Shown here: piece by piece, positions 23,542 through 36,715 of the stretch
How positions within the stretch are numbered: position 1 is the first letter of the stretch
Layout: each line of letters begins with the position of its first letter
Origin: Toensbergia leucococca
Taxonomy: Eukaryota
Length of the DNA: 64,000 nucleotides
NCBI GenBank assembly: GCA_022813965.1
Contig: JALDZS010000116.1
Location: 1-64,000, forward strand
Direction: 5' to 3'
Notes under the pieces: generated by a model
Database searches by the model: none
Seen by the model: the letters and a program-made list of their open reading frames with translations, nothing else
What the model was told of the DNA's origin: nothing
Program-made: the position numbers and the translations under genes

Positions 23542-25841
23542 CTAAAACACCTACACCACACCACACCATCAGCATCCCCTCAACGAATACCATACACCAG
23601 ACCCGAGAAATATCCTCGAAAATGATAGAACTCACCGCGCCCCCAATGATAAACACCCTCTCCTCCTCCCTCCGCGCCCACTGCACAACCTTGTTCGCGC
23701 TCTGCGCTAGTGCGTTCCGGCTCGCGTGCGGGCCGGCGACACAGTACAATTCGAAGAAGGGGGATATCCAGGCCAGGGAAATGGAGTCGCGGCTGATGCA
23801 GTGGTGAACTTTGAGGTGAGAGTTTTTGGTGTGGACGCTGGCGTGGAGAGTGTGGTAGAGTGAGAGAAGTCTGCGTGATCCCAGAGGAGGGGGGTTGCTT
23901 AGTCGGTTATCTTTGAGGGGATGTAGAGGATTTAGAGGGAGGGGGTTGGAGGGGGGGGAAGAACCTTCGACGTGCTAGGAGGGTATTGAAATGGGGTTCA
24001 TAGGATGGCATGACGAATTGGACGTTGGCGCGGGATTTGTAGAGGAAGTGCCGGATAGGGGTGCCGGGGACGATGTCTGTTGCTGTTGGGCGGCCGCGGA
24101 TTACGGCGGAGGTTATGATGGCCATGCTGCCGTTGCTTTCGAGTTCCTGGGTGGGGATCAGGCCGAAAATTCAAGTGGTTGTAAGGAGGAGAAAGAGCAT
24201 GACCTACCTCGACGACGTCATCTCGCATTTTTCGGAGGTCGTAGAAACTCTCTTTGTTTGCGCTGATGAGAAGGATTGCTACTTGGTCTTGCTTTCCAGA
24301 CTCGTTGCGCGTACCGTATACCTCCTGCCCTTCGGCGTTGTGGTGATCGAGGAAGCTGACGTACATATAAAGGTAGCCATTTTTGTTGAAGCCTGGCAAG
24401 CATAGAGGTACCCAATTTTCGCCACCGCCAGCTTTGATGCCCTCGGCCTCGAAAAGCATGTTAAATATCAGCTGCAGGTCACCGGGGTGTAAGGAGTGTC
24501 TCTTCGGCCGGACTACGCTGACAAGTCTACCTCCGGCGACGATTAGCCCGTATAATAGGGAGTCACATCGAGTCTTGAGCAAGGTAGTGTTTATCACTTG
24601 ACGGTGTGACTTGCGAACCTTGAGACACTCAAGCGCTGACAGAAGTGTTGGCGGAGAGCCTCGAGTAAATGTGTCAGCAAGTGCAGAGAGTAAGGGCTCT
24701 GTACCTTGTAAAGGTCGTCTCAGGTCGGTTGATGGTCGATACGAGAAGAGGTGCGTCAAGGTAGGCAGCGTTAAAGTCGAAAGAATCTGCATGTACAGAG
24801 CTTCGAGCTGGACACGAAGTTGAGCGTCGCTTTCCCCTAGCTTACTGATACCCACAAGATACAAAGGACCCTGTGACATGATCACAAAGCGAGCCCCCCC
24901 AGCTGTGAAACCCTTCAACTCGTCGTTGGCGCTCTCGTAGAATGAGATGATGGTCTGAATCACCCCAATGTAGCCAGAAATTAGGTTGTCGTCCCCATGC
25001 CGATTGTATATCGGCTTGCCAGCAGAGGATAGGATTAAAAAATGCTTTCTTTTTGACTTCCACGAATTCAAGAGACTCTCTATACAATAAGATCAGCAAA
25101 TATTTGAACTACATGCAAAAGGTCCGTACCCTCGTTAGTTCCGTCTAGATCAAGGCCATCCAACTCATCGAATTCGCGGCTAAAGTCCGCAGTGGCTTCA
25201 TCGTCTTCATGGGGTATGCTGTCAAATGGATTGAACGTCTCGGTCGGACTCCCCATTAACCTCCACGAGGGGCTCTCCTGAGATGCGCCGAGGATCTCAC
25301 CCAGTAGACTCTCAACATCTCCACTTGCCTCCAGTGTTGGCGCGTAGCTTCTTACACTCGCAGAGTCATCGCCTTCGTTCCTGTGATAACCCTTGAAGCG
25401 TCCAAGACTACCGTAACCCTTCGAGGTCTTCCCAGAAGGAGTTGACTCAGCAGAGGTGGCGTAGATGTCCCGAGAGCCATCTTGGTAAGACTGAGTGTGA
25501 ATATCGGTACGGGCAAGGGCGGTTGTCGCAGTGGATTGGAGCTTTGGTCTTGGAGATTTGGATGGTGTTTGAAGACTGCCCCCTGGATTGAATGGTCGTT
25601 CGCCTAGGAGGTTGAGATTGTTTGGTCTAGGGGGTAGTGGTGGCCTTGGGCCCTCATCGATGATGGTGCTTTGGGTCGAGGGTCCAGATATGGTTGACTG
25701 GTCCCCAAGCTGATTCTTATTCTCGGGTAGGCTACCGCTGGGCGGTGACAAGGTGAGCTCCAGCTCACACTCATTAGTAGTCGGTGCACCGTCTGTCTTG
25801 TCACCAGCCACAAGAGATTGGGGGTCATGAGCGTGGCTCAT
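23542..25841 (-). CDS. MON1: Vacuolar fusion protein Mon1 (Ypt7/Rab7 GEF subunit), multi-exon
   Basis: [47 protein letters not shown]...[12 protein letters not shown] with a terminal micro-exon (GTG TTT TAG). Confidence 0.93.
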
Positions 25842-26555
25842 ATGTGTGGGGCTGCAGAACGTGGGACGATGATGTCCAAAGGGAAAGGGAAAGTGAAAGC
25901 CGAGGTGTCATGTTGAATTGGGCGAGACATAATGCCAGTCAGATTTGACTCGTAGAATTGTAGACAAAGACATGATTGTTGGAGGGTATGGTACATATTG
26001 TGAGGTCGTTCACTCATAATTACGGAGTATCTTTTCTTTATCTACCTTATCCATTGACAGCCACCTCAGCCCTATGACACTTGCTTCACCCACATCCGCT
26101 TTCGTTCATTTCGCGCTAGTGTCACATCAATCTACCTACCTTACATACCCGCACCATTTGTGGAATGCGACATCAATAACTCTACCATAAACATTAACAT
26201 CCACCCTACCACTTTCTCCCTTGACCCGCAATCGCTGATTGTCCCTTCCAACCGCTGCGCATATTTCGAGCCTCCTTGCAGCAACCTACTAATTCACTCA
26301 TCTCTCACTCTACCTTACCTCAACAACAGCCTCCTGCCGCAGCACACGACCCTTCTGCTTCAGCAACCATAAGAGCCTCGTCGAGGGTGCAGCTTGCGAC
26401 CGCTGATATTGCAGACAGCTACCTTAGATGTCGAAAGGCTTCGCAACATAGAGTCAATACAGCGCGTGGAGGAGGGAGTGCCCGAGGGGCAGAGGTGGAG
26501 GGTGAACGGGGAGAAGGCAGGGGAGGAGACAGTCGTGGAGTCTGGCGACCAAGCC

Positions 26556-29500
26556 ATGCCGGGTATACTCAAAAAATCTGGAGAGAGTCGCAAGACTTCC
26601 GAGCAAAGCAAGAATCTGGCTTACGCCAAATCAATCAACATGGCTGGCGAAAGCAAGAGGAAATCCGTGGTCGAGGACCGTAGCAACGGGAGACCTCAGC
26701 TGGATGGTGGACATGACATGGCTAATGGGGTATACACGAACGGCAATTCGGCGATTACAACTGAGTCTCAAAGCAATACATTGGCGGCCATGGATAGTCT
26801 TGTGGGGCAACTTCCTCCAGAGATTGAACATATCACCTATGGCTACTTACCATTCTCCAAACTTATAACCCGACTGGTACAAGATACCTTTAACGGTCTC
26901 ACAGATGTTATCACCGACATGTCAGACTTACAGGTGCCACAGTCTAATCATCATGCGCCTCATAATCACCTCAATTCTCTGCCGAACGGTATCGCCACCG
27001 GTAACTCTTCACAGGCTAACTTCCAGAAGAAGTTGCGCATGCTGGATTTTGCTCAGGATCGAAGATCGCAATTCATCAAGATATTAGTCCTTTCTCAATG
27101 GAGCAGACAAGCTGAAGCAATCGGTAAAGTCATAGACCTGAGGGTTTGGCTGGACGGCCAACGCCGGATATACGATGATGCTGCCAACTGGACGGGCGAG
27201 CTGAAGCGGATATTAGCCCCCCGAAAGATGCTGAACCCCGATTTAAAGACTGCTCTGGAAGCTCTTTCGCTTGGCAAAGCGTCCTGGCTACCAGATGTAA
27301 GAGGCCTATCCAGATATCTTCTGGGCTCGATCGAAGCTGACAGGTATACAGCTTGGCTATATCCCCCCTAAACCGCTTTCTCCGCAACAATTGCTCAAAG
27401 CACTTCGAAATATCAACACGTTGCTTTCAATTCGTTTGAACCTGCATGAAATTATTCCGCCGCCGTTCCGGGACTTCTCAATATCCTCTGGCCGAGCAAG
27501 ATTTCGAGTTCCTGAAGAATTCGAAATAGAGTTGTCCATAGCGGACGAGGATCCATCAAAGCAGCTTTACTTTATTGATTTTCGCTTTCTTTTCTCTCCT
27601 TCACTATCCGAAATTCCACAAGGTGGATTGCGGGACCAGATCGAAGGGAGAACCAATCACGTGCTGGGAAAAGAAGGCCTAAGTGGCTGTTTTGACTTCT
27701 TGCACGATCTTGTTCTCACCCACAAGCTTACAGTCTTGAGGCAGCAAGCTTACGAAATGCTACGGGGCCACTGGTCGGAACATCTGAAAGTAGAGTCAGC
27801 ACACCGATCGCTTGTTGTACAATATTGGCTCCATCGGCCGGGAGGTAAGAATTGGGTTGAGATTGGGATTAAAAGTGGGAGGCGCACGGTAGGTGCGCGA
27901 AGTTCGACAAACCAAGGAGTTCCGTACATAGCCCTACGTTGGTTCCGAGATGGCAAAGAAATTGCAGATGTTAAAATTAAGCTGGAGCTTGGGGTCTTAT
28001 CAATGGAGGGTATCCTCAAACGAGTCATTGCGGGGCATACTACTTTTATCCTCAAAGAAACTAGCAAGAAACTGAGGGAAGGCTTACTGTATTCTAAGAG
28101 AGCCCTGTCTTTGTTGCGTGCATCATCAGTCGATGAGCCTACAGAATGTTCTCTGTCTGTCCAGCTTACTACAGAGAAATCCGTGGAAATCACCCAAGAA
28201 CCTATATCAGGCGCATTTGCTCTACAACCTACCTCACCATTACACACATACAACGAGAGAATACTCAACACGCTGTCCAAACCGGCCACCGACGCAGCCT
28301 CGCGAATAATGAATCTGCGGTGTGTCGCTGCAGTAGAAGAGATAGAAGAACTCGCTCGATTCTTCGGGTGGACCCGACTAAAAACATTGACTCCCAATCA
28401 GGACACGATGAAGCGTCTGTTTCCTCCGGATACCCTGAACATCAGGTTCTTCCGGCGAACAGCGTGGATGTCTTGCTGGGCTTTGGCATTCACGTCTAGC
28501 ATGACGGGCGATTTCTGGTGGATGACGGAAACACAAGATAGCGTGACCACTGGCGGAAAGGTAGATCCAATGTCAAGGCCTGGCCTGGTCCTCCAAACAG
28601 CCTACAAAGTCCATGTCGAGGTGTTAAAATACTCGATTATGAAGCCTACATATTCTCTTCTTGCTCATGTCGAGCGTATTGCCGCTGGCATGATTTCACA
28701 GTACGTCGATATTCGCTACCTCACCCAAGAGGGCATACCTCATGTCGTGCGGCCATCTCGGGCTTCGGGCGTGAAATCTCGATCGGCAACGCTATATCTC
28801 CGCTTCAAACCGGGTGAAGCGCCCAAGGCCCTACAAAGCCCCCGCCGCATGTCTATTCCGTGGGCCAACGAGATCATCAAATTTACTTATCACGGCCTCG
28901 ACGCCGCAAGCAATTCGGCGATTCATGTAGCCTCTGTTCTTATGCCATCACGCGTCCCAAATATCAAGAGTCTAATGTCTGCTATGGATCCATCCATAGC
29001 CTTTCACCCGTCTGCCATTACCTTTTCCATCCGTCTCCTGTCCCCTCTTGGTCAGCCTACCATCCCTCAGCTACTCGCTAAGCTGAAGTCTATCGAGCGT
29101 CTTATCCGCTTCCTTTCCATTATCAAGCAGTACCATCTCCACTGCTCGGCCATCTCACTTTCTCATCTTGAATTCGACTACGCTACTGTTTCATATCCCC
29201 TAAGCGCAACCATCCACTTCCCGGTGGGAGCTCCCATGCACATCTCCTTCCCAACAGGCAACGTCCATCTTCGCATCCAAGATTATCTCACCTCCCTACT
29301 CAACGACGAAAGGGGCCTTCAGCACATGACATCCATCCTACTCATCACCCTTCCTCTCATGCGTGCCTTTTTTGACATCGACGCTATGCATGCGAAGAGT
29401 GAGAAAACATTCATCTTACCACGCTCAGCCGAGTGGTATCAGATACGCTACAAGAGTCCCAACGGATTATTCGATATCAAAATGCGGCAGAGACGTGATA

Positions 29501-29733
29501 CCATGATGTGGCACGTGAAGGATCTGGATGCTAGCAGGACTAACATGCCTGTGGCGGAGGGAATGAAGAAGGGAGAAGGTTGGTGGTCTATCAAGGGCGG
29601 TTGGATCGCGAGTGCCGACGGTGTAGAAGACTTAATGAGGAGGATTGATGAGGTGTTTAGAGGAGGTGGATGGGGAGATGGGTCTGCTGATGCAGGTGAG
29701 GGAGATGGGCACGAGATTGTGGTGCTAGATTGA
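26556..29733 (+). CDS. MED14: Mediator subunit 14 (Rgr1); intron 27297..27351
   Basis: LPPEIEHITYGYLPFSKLITRL, RSQFIKILVLSQWSR, NPDLKTALEALS; splice gives WLPD|LGYIPPKPL; GRARFRVPEEFEIELS. Confidence 0.92.
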
Positions 29734-30160
29734 GGTATGTATCCGAGGACCTCCTTTTCATACATACATATTTTGAAAATCTTTGCGAGCGACGGGCGGT
29801 CATCTTTGGGAGAAATGTATCAAAGGATTTAAGTTACTTGTTATGCGGAGGGGGCCTTTCTAGGGTAGGGTCGGTTCGGTGTTTCGTGTCCATTATACCC
29901 GCCAGGTTTGCCCTGATGTAGGCTGTTAGATGCTTGCCTTTCTTCTCAGTAGGTACGATAGATCGAGGTAGTTTTGTGGTTTTGTTGGTGGTGGAGAGGA
30001 ATAATGAACCTGATTTGTGATGATTTGTGAAGATCTAAACGTATAGACCTCATTCACACTGATGAAGAATCTTTATCAAAGACGTGAATCAATTTTAAGG
30101 GGGAGGTGGTCAACATTTGATGATAATTGTTGGCTCCTGCTATTGCGACACCCACATCGA

Positions 30161-30749
30161 CACCCCCGCCCCCCACCATACCCGATTAGGCATTAGTGAG
30201 ACCCCGGGCGCAAGTTCACTGAGGGAAATGTTATCTTTCTGCATCACATCTTGACTCAATTCCCTACCACTTCGCAAGCCAAATACCTGTTCCAATTGCG
30301 TGCCATCTAGAAGCCAAATTACCTAGAAGAAAATCAATGCTTTTGTACCACATTCTGACTTGATTCCCTCACCCCTGAGCGCACGATCACCTCCCCGGGC
30401 GCAAAAAACGTCGTGATTCTGAATCACCTCCTTCTAAAATCATGAAACACCCTGTTATCTACAGGAACTCCACCTCGCCCCCCTCTAAGTCCTTGTCCCC
30501 CTCTAGATCCTCGCTCACCCTGGCCTTCTTTTCATTCAAATTCAGAAGATTCACGCTGTGTACCCCTATCAAAGACCTGTTGTTCTATCACACCACGGGC
30601 TCCTGTAGGACTGCAGTGAAGGTGATAGATGGCACGCGGAATCATGAGGTATAAGGCATGCAAAGGTGGTGGGGAATTGAGGCAAGATGTGGTGCGAAAT
30701 GATAGATTTTCCCTCGGTAGTATTGCGCCCAGGGGGGGGGTGGGGGGTG
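30161..30749. mobile_element. Putative MITE / non-autonomous DNA transposon relic with long degenerate terminal inverted repeats
   Basis: 30206..30309 aligns to the reverse complement of 30626..30730 over ~105 bp (e.g. acatcttgactcaattccctaccac vs acatcttgcctcaattccccaccac; gcgtgccatcta identical). Termini are CACCCCC.../...GGGGGGTG followed by TA; no convincing ORF inside. Confidence 0.75.
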
Positions 30750-30931
30750 TACAGGTATCAAAAGGGGGTGTACACGTATCACCACCCAATAATTATGAAG
30801 TCTTCTGTATAATACTCTAGCGGCACTTATCCGTACAGGAGCCAAACATGAGGCAATATCAACAGGTCCTTGTTACTGCAACGTTCAACAGTGGTGGCAA
30901 GATTGTTCGTCAGCGCCCGTGTACATGGGAC

Positions 30932-33331
30932 ATGCTCAAGTCATCATGGATCACCTCTCGATGTCTATACCGACAGCTCAAGCCATCCAGATTCCTTTCA
31001 TTGACCGCGACAGTTGCAGCTGTACCTGCAACATCTGCAGATTCGCCATTCCTACAGACCCATCACTTCACTCCATCTGCCCCTCGTGATGACCGCATCC
31101 TACGCAACATATTTGACTCGCAATCCTTCTGGCGAGAATTTTCTCAACGTAACCGAGCAGATCTAACAAGTCAGCCCAAAGGCTTGTTTCAGAATCAATA
31201 CCTGACCAGACCCGCTGGCTTCCAGGACTTCGCCCAAGTGACGCTGCAGAGATGTCAAAGAATAGTTGCGAAGATCCTTGCGGCTTCGACTGTGGAGGAA
31301 TACAAATCTATACCCAGGGACCTCGATCGATTGAGTGACTCCTTGTGTCGAGTCATAGACCTATCTGATTTCGTCCGTGCAACACACCCAGATATTCGAT
31401 TCCAAGAGGCTGCTACCAAGGCCTATGCCCTTTTGTTCGACTACATGAATGTTTTGAATACTACTACGGGGCTCAATGACCAGCTGCAGCAGGCAGTGTC
31501 AAACACAGAAGTCACAGCAGCATGGGGCGACGAGGAGAAGACCGTTGCAAGGATTCTGCTGGACGACTTCTCCAAGTCTGCCATCGACTTGCCTCTGAAG
31601 AAGAGACAGAAGTTCGTCGAATTGTCAAACGCAATCAGCGATCTCGGCACTACCTTTGTTGACAACATGGAGCCGACAACATCCTACCTGACGCTTGAGA
31701 GCAGCCGTGTGAAGGGCATGGATCCGATGATCCTCAAACAGATCACTAATACACGGGGCAGAGTGATAATCCCTACAGTAAGCCCGACTTCCTACACTGC
31801 ACTAAGGACTGTAGAAGACGAGGCAACTAGGCGGGAGATCTATATAAGTGGAAGAACGGCCTCAAGTCATCAAATAAATACCCTGCAGAGACTGCTACAT
31901 CTCCGCGCCCAGCTGGCAGATCTATCTGGATACGGAAGCTTTGCGGAGATGAAATTGACCGACAAAATGGCAAAAACACCCGCAGCCGTCGAGTCCTTTC
32001 TTGCGGCACTATCCGCCGACAACGACGTTCAGATGCGGTACGAAGTAGGCGAGATGCTGAGCGTGAAGAAAGCAGATCTGATCAACAGTGACTCGGCCCA
32101 AATCAATGCCTGGGATAAGGAATACTACCGAGCCCGCCTAGCCACACAACTGCGCTCCAAGTCCCGTAAACCAGACTTTCTCTCAGCTTACTTTTCACTG
32201 GGAACAGTGATACAAGGTCTCTCCCGGCTCTTCACCCGTCTCTATGGCATCCGGTTTGTGCCCCATGAAACCACCTCAGGCGAAACCTGGAACCCAGACG
32301 TCCGCCGCCTTGACGTCATCGACGAAACAGAAGGACACATCGCCGTCGTCTACTGTGATCTCTTCGCCCGTGACGGCAAGAACCCCAATCCAGCGCACTT
32401 CACTCTCCGCTGCTCCCGACATATCCTCCCGAGTGAAATCATCGAAGCCACGACCTTCAACTCTGACCTTCCCGGCGACCTCACCCCTTCCCAAGTCGCC
32501 AATGACGGCATGGCCACCGCCCTCTCCCCCTCAGGCGCCCTCCACCAGCTCCCCACCATAGCCCTAATCTGCGACTTCCCCCAACCTACTAATCCCACAC
32601 AACCCACCCTCCTCACCTTCCGCGACTTGCAAACTCTCTTCCACGAAATGGGCCACGCCATCCATTCCATCATTGGCCGCACCCGCCTGCACGTCGTTTC
32701 CGGTACCCGTTGTGCCACCGACTTCGCTGAACTCCCCTCAGTGCTTATGGAGCACTTCGCCACCGACCCCTCCGTCCTCGGCCTTTTCGCCCGCCACTGG
32801 CAGACCGACGCTCCGCTCCCCTACGAAATGGTCGCCGAAAAGCTCGCCCTCAATCGCAAGGGTCAAGGCGCCGACACGGAAACCCAAATCCTGCTCGCTA
32901 TGCTCGACCAAGCTTACCACTCTGATTTGCCCCTCCGGACCCGAAGCGGCATCAACGGCTTTGACCCCACCGGCTTCGACACCACCAAGATCTTCCACGA
33001 CGTCTACGATCGCTACGGTAGCGTACGCGAACCTGCGGAAACGAGCTGGCAGGGATTTTTTGGGCATTTGGTGGGATATGGGGGTGTTTATTATAGCTAC
33101 TTGTTCGATCGGGCAATCGCAGGCCGGGTGTGGGAAAAGGTGTTTGATGGGGGCCGGGAGGGGCGAGCGGTCAGCCGGGAGCGGGGGCAGCGATTTCGAG
33201 ACGAGGTGTTGAGGTGGGGGGGTGGAAGGGACGGGTGGAGGTGCGTGGCTGGGGTGTTGGGGGATGAGAGGTTGGCGGAGGGGGGAGCGGAGGCGATGGC
33301 TGAGGTGGGGAGGTGGGGAGTCAAAGATTGA
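30932..33331 (+). CDS. OCT1: Mitochondrial intermediate peptidase (M3 metallopeptidase)
   Basis: Basic presequence MLKSSWITSRCLYRQLK; LDRLSDSLCRVIDL, LFHEMGHAIH (HEXXH), CATDFAELPS, FGHLVGYGGVYYSYLFDR. Confidence 0.95.
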   Translation: MLKSSWITSRCLYRQLKPSRFLSLTATVAAVPATSADSPFLQTHHFTPSAPRDDRILRNIFDSQSFWREFSQRNRADLTSQPKGLFQNQYLTRPAGFQDFAQVTLQRCQRIVAKILAASTVEEYKSIPRDLDRLSDSLCRVIDLSDFVRATHPDIRFQEAATKAYALLFDYMNVLNTTTGLNDQLQQAVSNTEVTAAWGDEEKTVARILLDDFSKSAIDLPLKKRQKFVELSNAISDLGTTFVDNMEPTTSYLTLESSRVKGMDPMILKQITNTRGRVIIPTVSPTSYTALRTVEDEATRREIYISGRTASSHQINTLQRLLHLRAQLADLSGYGSFAEMKLTDKMAKTPAAVESFLAALSADNDVQMRYEVGEMLSVKKADLINSDSAQINAWDKEYYRARLATQLRSKSRKPDFLSAYFSLGTVIQGLSRLFTRLYGIRFVPHETTSGETWNPDVRRLDVIDETEGHIAVVYCDLFARDGKNPNPAHFTLRCSRHILPSEIIEATTFNSDLPGDLTPSQVANDGMATALSPSGALHQLPTIALICDFPQPTNPTQPTLLTFRDLQTLFHEMGHAIHSIIGRTRLHVVSGTRCATDFAELPSVLMEHFATDPSVLGLFARHWQTDAPLPYEMVAEKLALNRKGQGADTETQILLAMLDQAYHSDLPLRTRSGINGFDPTGFDTTKIFHDVYDRYGSVREPAETSWQGFFGHLVGYGGVYYSYLFDRAIAGRVWEKVFDGGREGRAVSRERGQRFRDEVLRWGGGRDGWRCVAGVLGDERLAEGGAEAMAEVGRWGVKD

Positions 33332-33625
33332 TTTGGTTGGTATTTGTTTGGTTGAGAGGATGGTAGTGGTAGGAGAGCATTGGAGTGTCTACACTCCCAT
33401 CAGTAAGGAGGACGGAGCGGCTGTACATACAAGATAAGCGTTCATTGAGATCTAAATAAATGGAAATGGATCATGACTCCAAAGGCTTCAACCGAAGCAT
33501 CTGCAATCCCGGGGAATCGAATCCATGGCGCACAACACAAGACATTGTAAGTCCACCCTCTCAAGCAATACCAAACCCAAAAACCTCCCGAGAACGCAAA
33601 CAAACGACCCCAGTTCCTCAGACAC

Positions 33626-35824
33626 CTAATACACCGGCCTCCCCTCATCCCACTTCCTCTGCTCCACCATTTCCTGACCCCCCCTCCCCTCCGCAGCAGC
33701 AACAACGGCCCCACTAACCCTCCTCTCCCCACCCCCAAACCTCGCATCCTCCAAAAGCCCCACACTCCCAATCCACTCCCAAACCCGACTAACATCCCCG
33801 CCTCTCCCCTCCCTAACACTCGCTCTAACATTCGCATTCATCTCCACCACCCCCTTCACCTTCCTCCAAATGCCCTCCCGCCGCGTCGCCGAAAACTCGT
33901 CCCGCAAAACATCATCCCGTAACTGGCCCGCGCTGATCCAGGCCTCAGACGCCGCGCCCTGCGCATGCAACGCCGCTTGCGTGGCCAGACGGTCCAAGGT
34001 TGTCGAGACGAGAAGAGGGACACGGGCGTTGTCGGCGCGGAGATTGGAGATGCGGGTGCGGGTGTAGGCGAGGGACGTCAGGATGAGGATTAGAATTGCA
34101 AGAGTGAGTCGATGGCGTGCCAGCGCGAGGCGCGCGGATCGGCGGATTGTGCAGGTGAGGGGGAGGCGGGCGAGTGAGGTGCTGGTGAGGCGGTGTCTGT
34201 GGAGTGGAGGGCGGATCTGGTTAGTTGCTTGTGTCAGATGAGTGAAGTAGCTTGGATAGAAGACAAGAAAAGCTTGAGCGCCGTAATTATGGACGTGAGA
34301 GGAGCGGTAAGTGGCTTACCCTTCGCTATCACTAAGGACTTCTTCACGACCTATGATCTCCCCTAAGGCACCCTTCCATAATTCTTCGAACTCGGTTTCG
34401 CTCATTCCTCGGCGCCTTTTCTTGCCAACTTCCTTCTTTAGGATTTCTTCGTCAATCTCTACTATCGGGACATCTTTTCCCTTTTCGTCGACAAGATTTC
34501 CACATTCCCATTTTGCTCTCCTTTCTCTTAGCTCGTCAATGGCTCGATCAGCCACTGCTTTGACCTTTCGTGCCTTCTCTCCATCCGGCTCACAAGTCGG
34601 TGGTAGTGGCACCAAACCGCCAAGTGACAGCGGATGTGGTTGAAGCAAAAAGGCTTGTTCACATCTTGTCTCCATATTCGCGTAGCAGTATGCATGTTGA
34701 GGACAGGGCTCGCAAGACGGTTGTAGTAAAGTTGCCCAGTCCGGAATCTGTACACTTGACAGTGAAGTTGAAGATCTTCCGATACCACAATATCCAACCT
34801 CGAGCTTTTCTCGTCGCCACCACGTAGCGTAGCCTGCTAACAACGTTGTGAGGACGACCCAAGGAGCAGATTTTGAAACGCCTCTTGATTTAGGGAGCGG
34901 CTTTTTCTTTCGAGGTTGAAGAATATCAATTTCCCCGTTGGCAGCACGTTCTCTAACTAATTCCAGCTGCTCCTCTGGCGTAAAGTCTTCCCCGAACTCA
35001 ACTCCGTCATCAAGGTCTTCCTCCGTCTTGGTTATTTTCTTCAGCTTCGCTGCAGGTAGCTCAAATGTCTTCACCGAGGGAACCACAACACCATTTCCAT
35101 GTTTGACCTTGGACTCGGTCGTGTTGGGTCCTTCTGCTCTTCGTCTTCTTGAAGAGCTCTTCCTGCGATCATTGCTTGCTCCTCTGCTCCTCCTTCTACT
35201 CTCACTTGGTGTAAGCGGTGAGCTGCCGCTTTGGAAAGGGTTATCATGGCTAAAAGCGCTTTCTACTAGGGGCGGTCTTGGTGCTGTATCCTCTGGCGCT
35301 TCGATCTTCACAGTGGGCGTGACCTCACTGCGGCGGGTCCTGCGAACTAAAGGTCTTTGTAATTCCGCCTCCGGGTCCGTCTCAGTATCTGATGCTCGAG
35401 GATGTTTACTCGTACTCGTCCTGCCAAGAGAAGTTCTCTTGCCGCTATTTAAATTGGGCACGTTATCTTCCGAAGACCTCGTCTCACTTCTCCTGGACCT
35501 TCGTCTTTGCGTATCTGGCACTGGTGGTGGAGGCATCAGACTAGAATTGCCATCATCGTCACCGTTGACCGTGCCCTCTTGACTACTGGGCATATCAGTG
35601 ATGCCTCTACTGGTCCGCCTTGTTCTTGATCGAGCGGCCAGAATTCTTCGCGAGCGAGGAACAAGTTCTTTCGTAAAGATGTCGATGAGCTGCTGCTTCT
35701 TCGCCGATGCTGGGTAGGCTATATCGTGTGAAACAAGGATTGCTCGTAATCTGGGTACGGTAATCGAAGAAGGCTCAAAGGAAGGTGAGAGATACTCCAG
35801 CTCATTATCTGAAGCTGAAGCCAT
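33626..35824 (-). CDS. SRC1: Inner nuclear membrane LEM/HeH protein Src1/Heh1 (Man1-Src1p C-terminal domain); intron ~34197..34319
   Basis: HeH domain ITVPRLRAILVSHDIAYPASAKKQQL; TM helix then GYCG...CEPCPQHAYC; second TM; C-term LRDDVLR...VEMNANVR...WEWIG. Confidence 0.92.
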
Positions 35825-36416
35825 GACCGCACTAGAACGTATTTGGCCCAAAACTTATACTTTCGAGGTGATAGAGTCAGGCAACAAAGCACGCGAAGTT
35901 AGTATTCTTGACAGTAAGATCAAGCCAGGCACTTGGCTCTATCAGTGACCAGCTACAGGCTTTTAATGATCTGTGCCATTGCCCACGAGGAACGACAGGT
36001 TGACAAATAATGTTTGGGGATTAAGAGTTCATGAAAGAAGCCGCGATGACAGGCAGAAGCGATAACACGTGATACAGCCGCTCGGCTATTATATCCTCCT
36101 TCAAATATGTCTTAGTCACTCTAGGCAAGGCATGACGTTCATTGACAAATGTTAACCATTGCAACTCCTATCTCACCCCTTTGAAGGTGCAAGCTTTCAT
36201 ATGACATATTAATGAGGCACGGTCACGTGGAAATGGGAAATCTGGCAGGAGTATTTTTGGATAGGCGGAAACGACGTTCTGAGTTACGGTTGATGAAGAA
36301 TCAACGAAACAGGTCCAGGAGAGATTGTCCAAGACATGCATTGAACTGTAGGTTCTAGTACTAATTGAGTTCTTATCTTATTTATCAAAGCTCTGATAAG
36401 GGCAGTGGAAAGTTAG

Positions 36417-36715
36417 TGTACCTCCGCGGGGGAGAAGAAGTACTGGTTGCGGGGAGACGTTTTTGTCAAGTCGTCGCTCCACGACAAAGACTGTCAAAGA
36501 TGTCTCAATGGCCTAAAACATGTGCCGAAAACGGGTATCGAAAGAACGAAGAATGCCAACCTTCGCTTTGTCCGAGAGCACACCATTGTCCCTGTGCCAG
36601 GAATTTTGTGCGAATACGAAGACACGTGCTAAAGGGGGTTCCTATGGACTCTTTGGGTCCAAAGCAGAAGGGTATCATCAAGACATGGATGCGCGTTCAA
36701 CAAGCATTTTTGTAG
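36417..36715 (+). pseudogene. Fragment of a fungal APH/choline-kinase-like phosphotransferase gene (frameshifted, truncated)
   Basis: One frame reads EKKYWLRGDVFVKSSL...HVPKTGIERTKNANLRFVREHTIVPVPGILCEYED; another frame continues VLKGVPMDSLGPKQKGII. This matches the N-lobe pattern of this family, but no recognisable catalytic loop follows. Confidence 0.65.
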
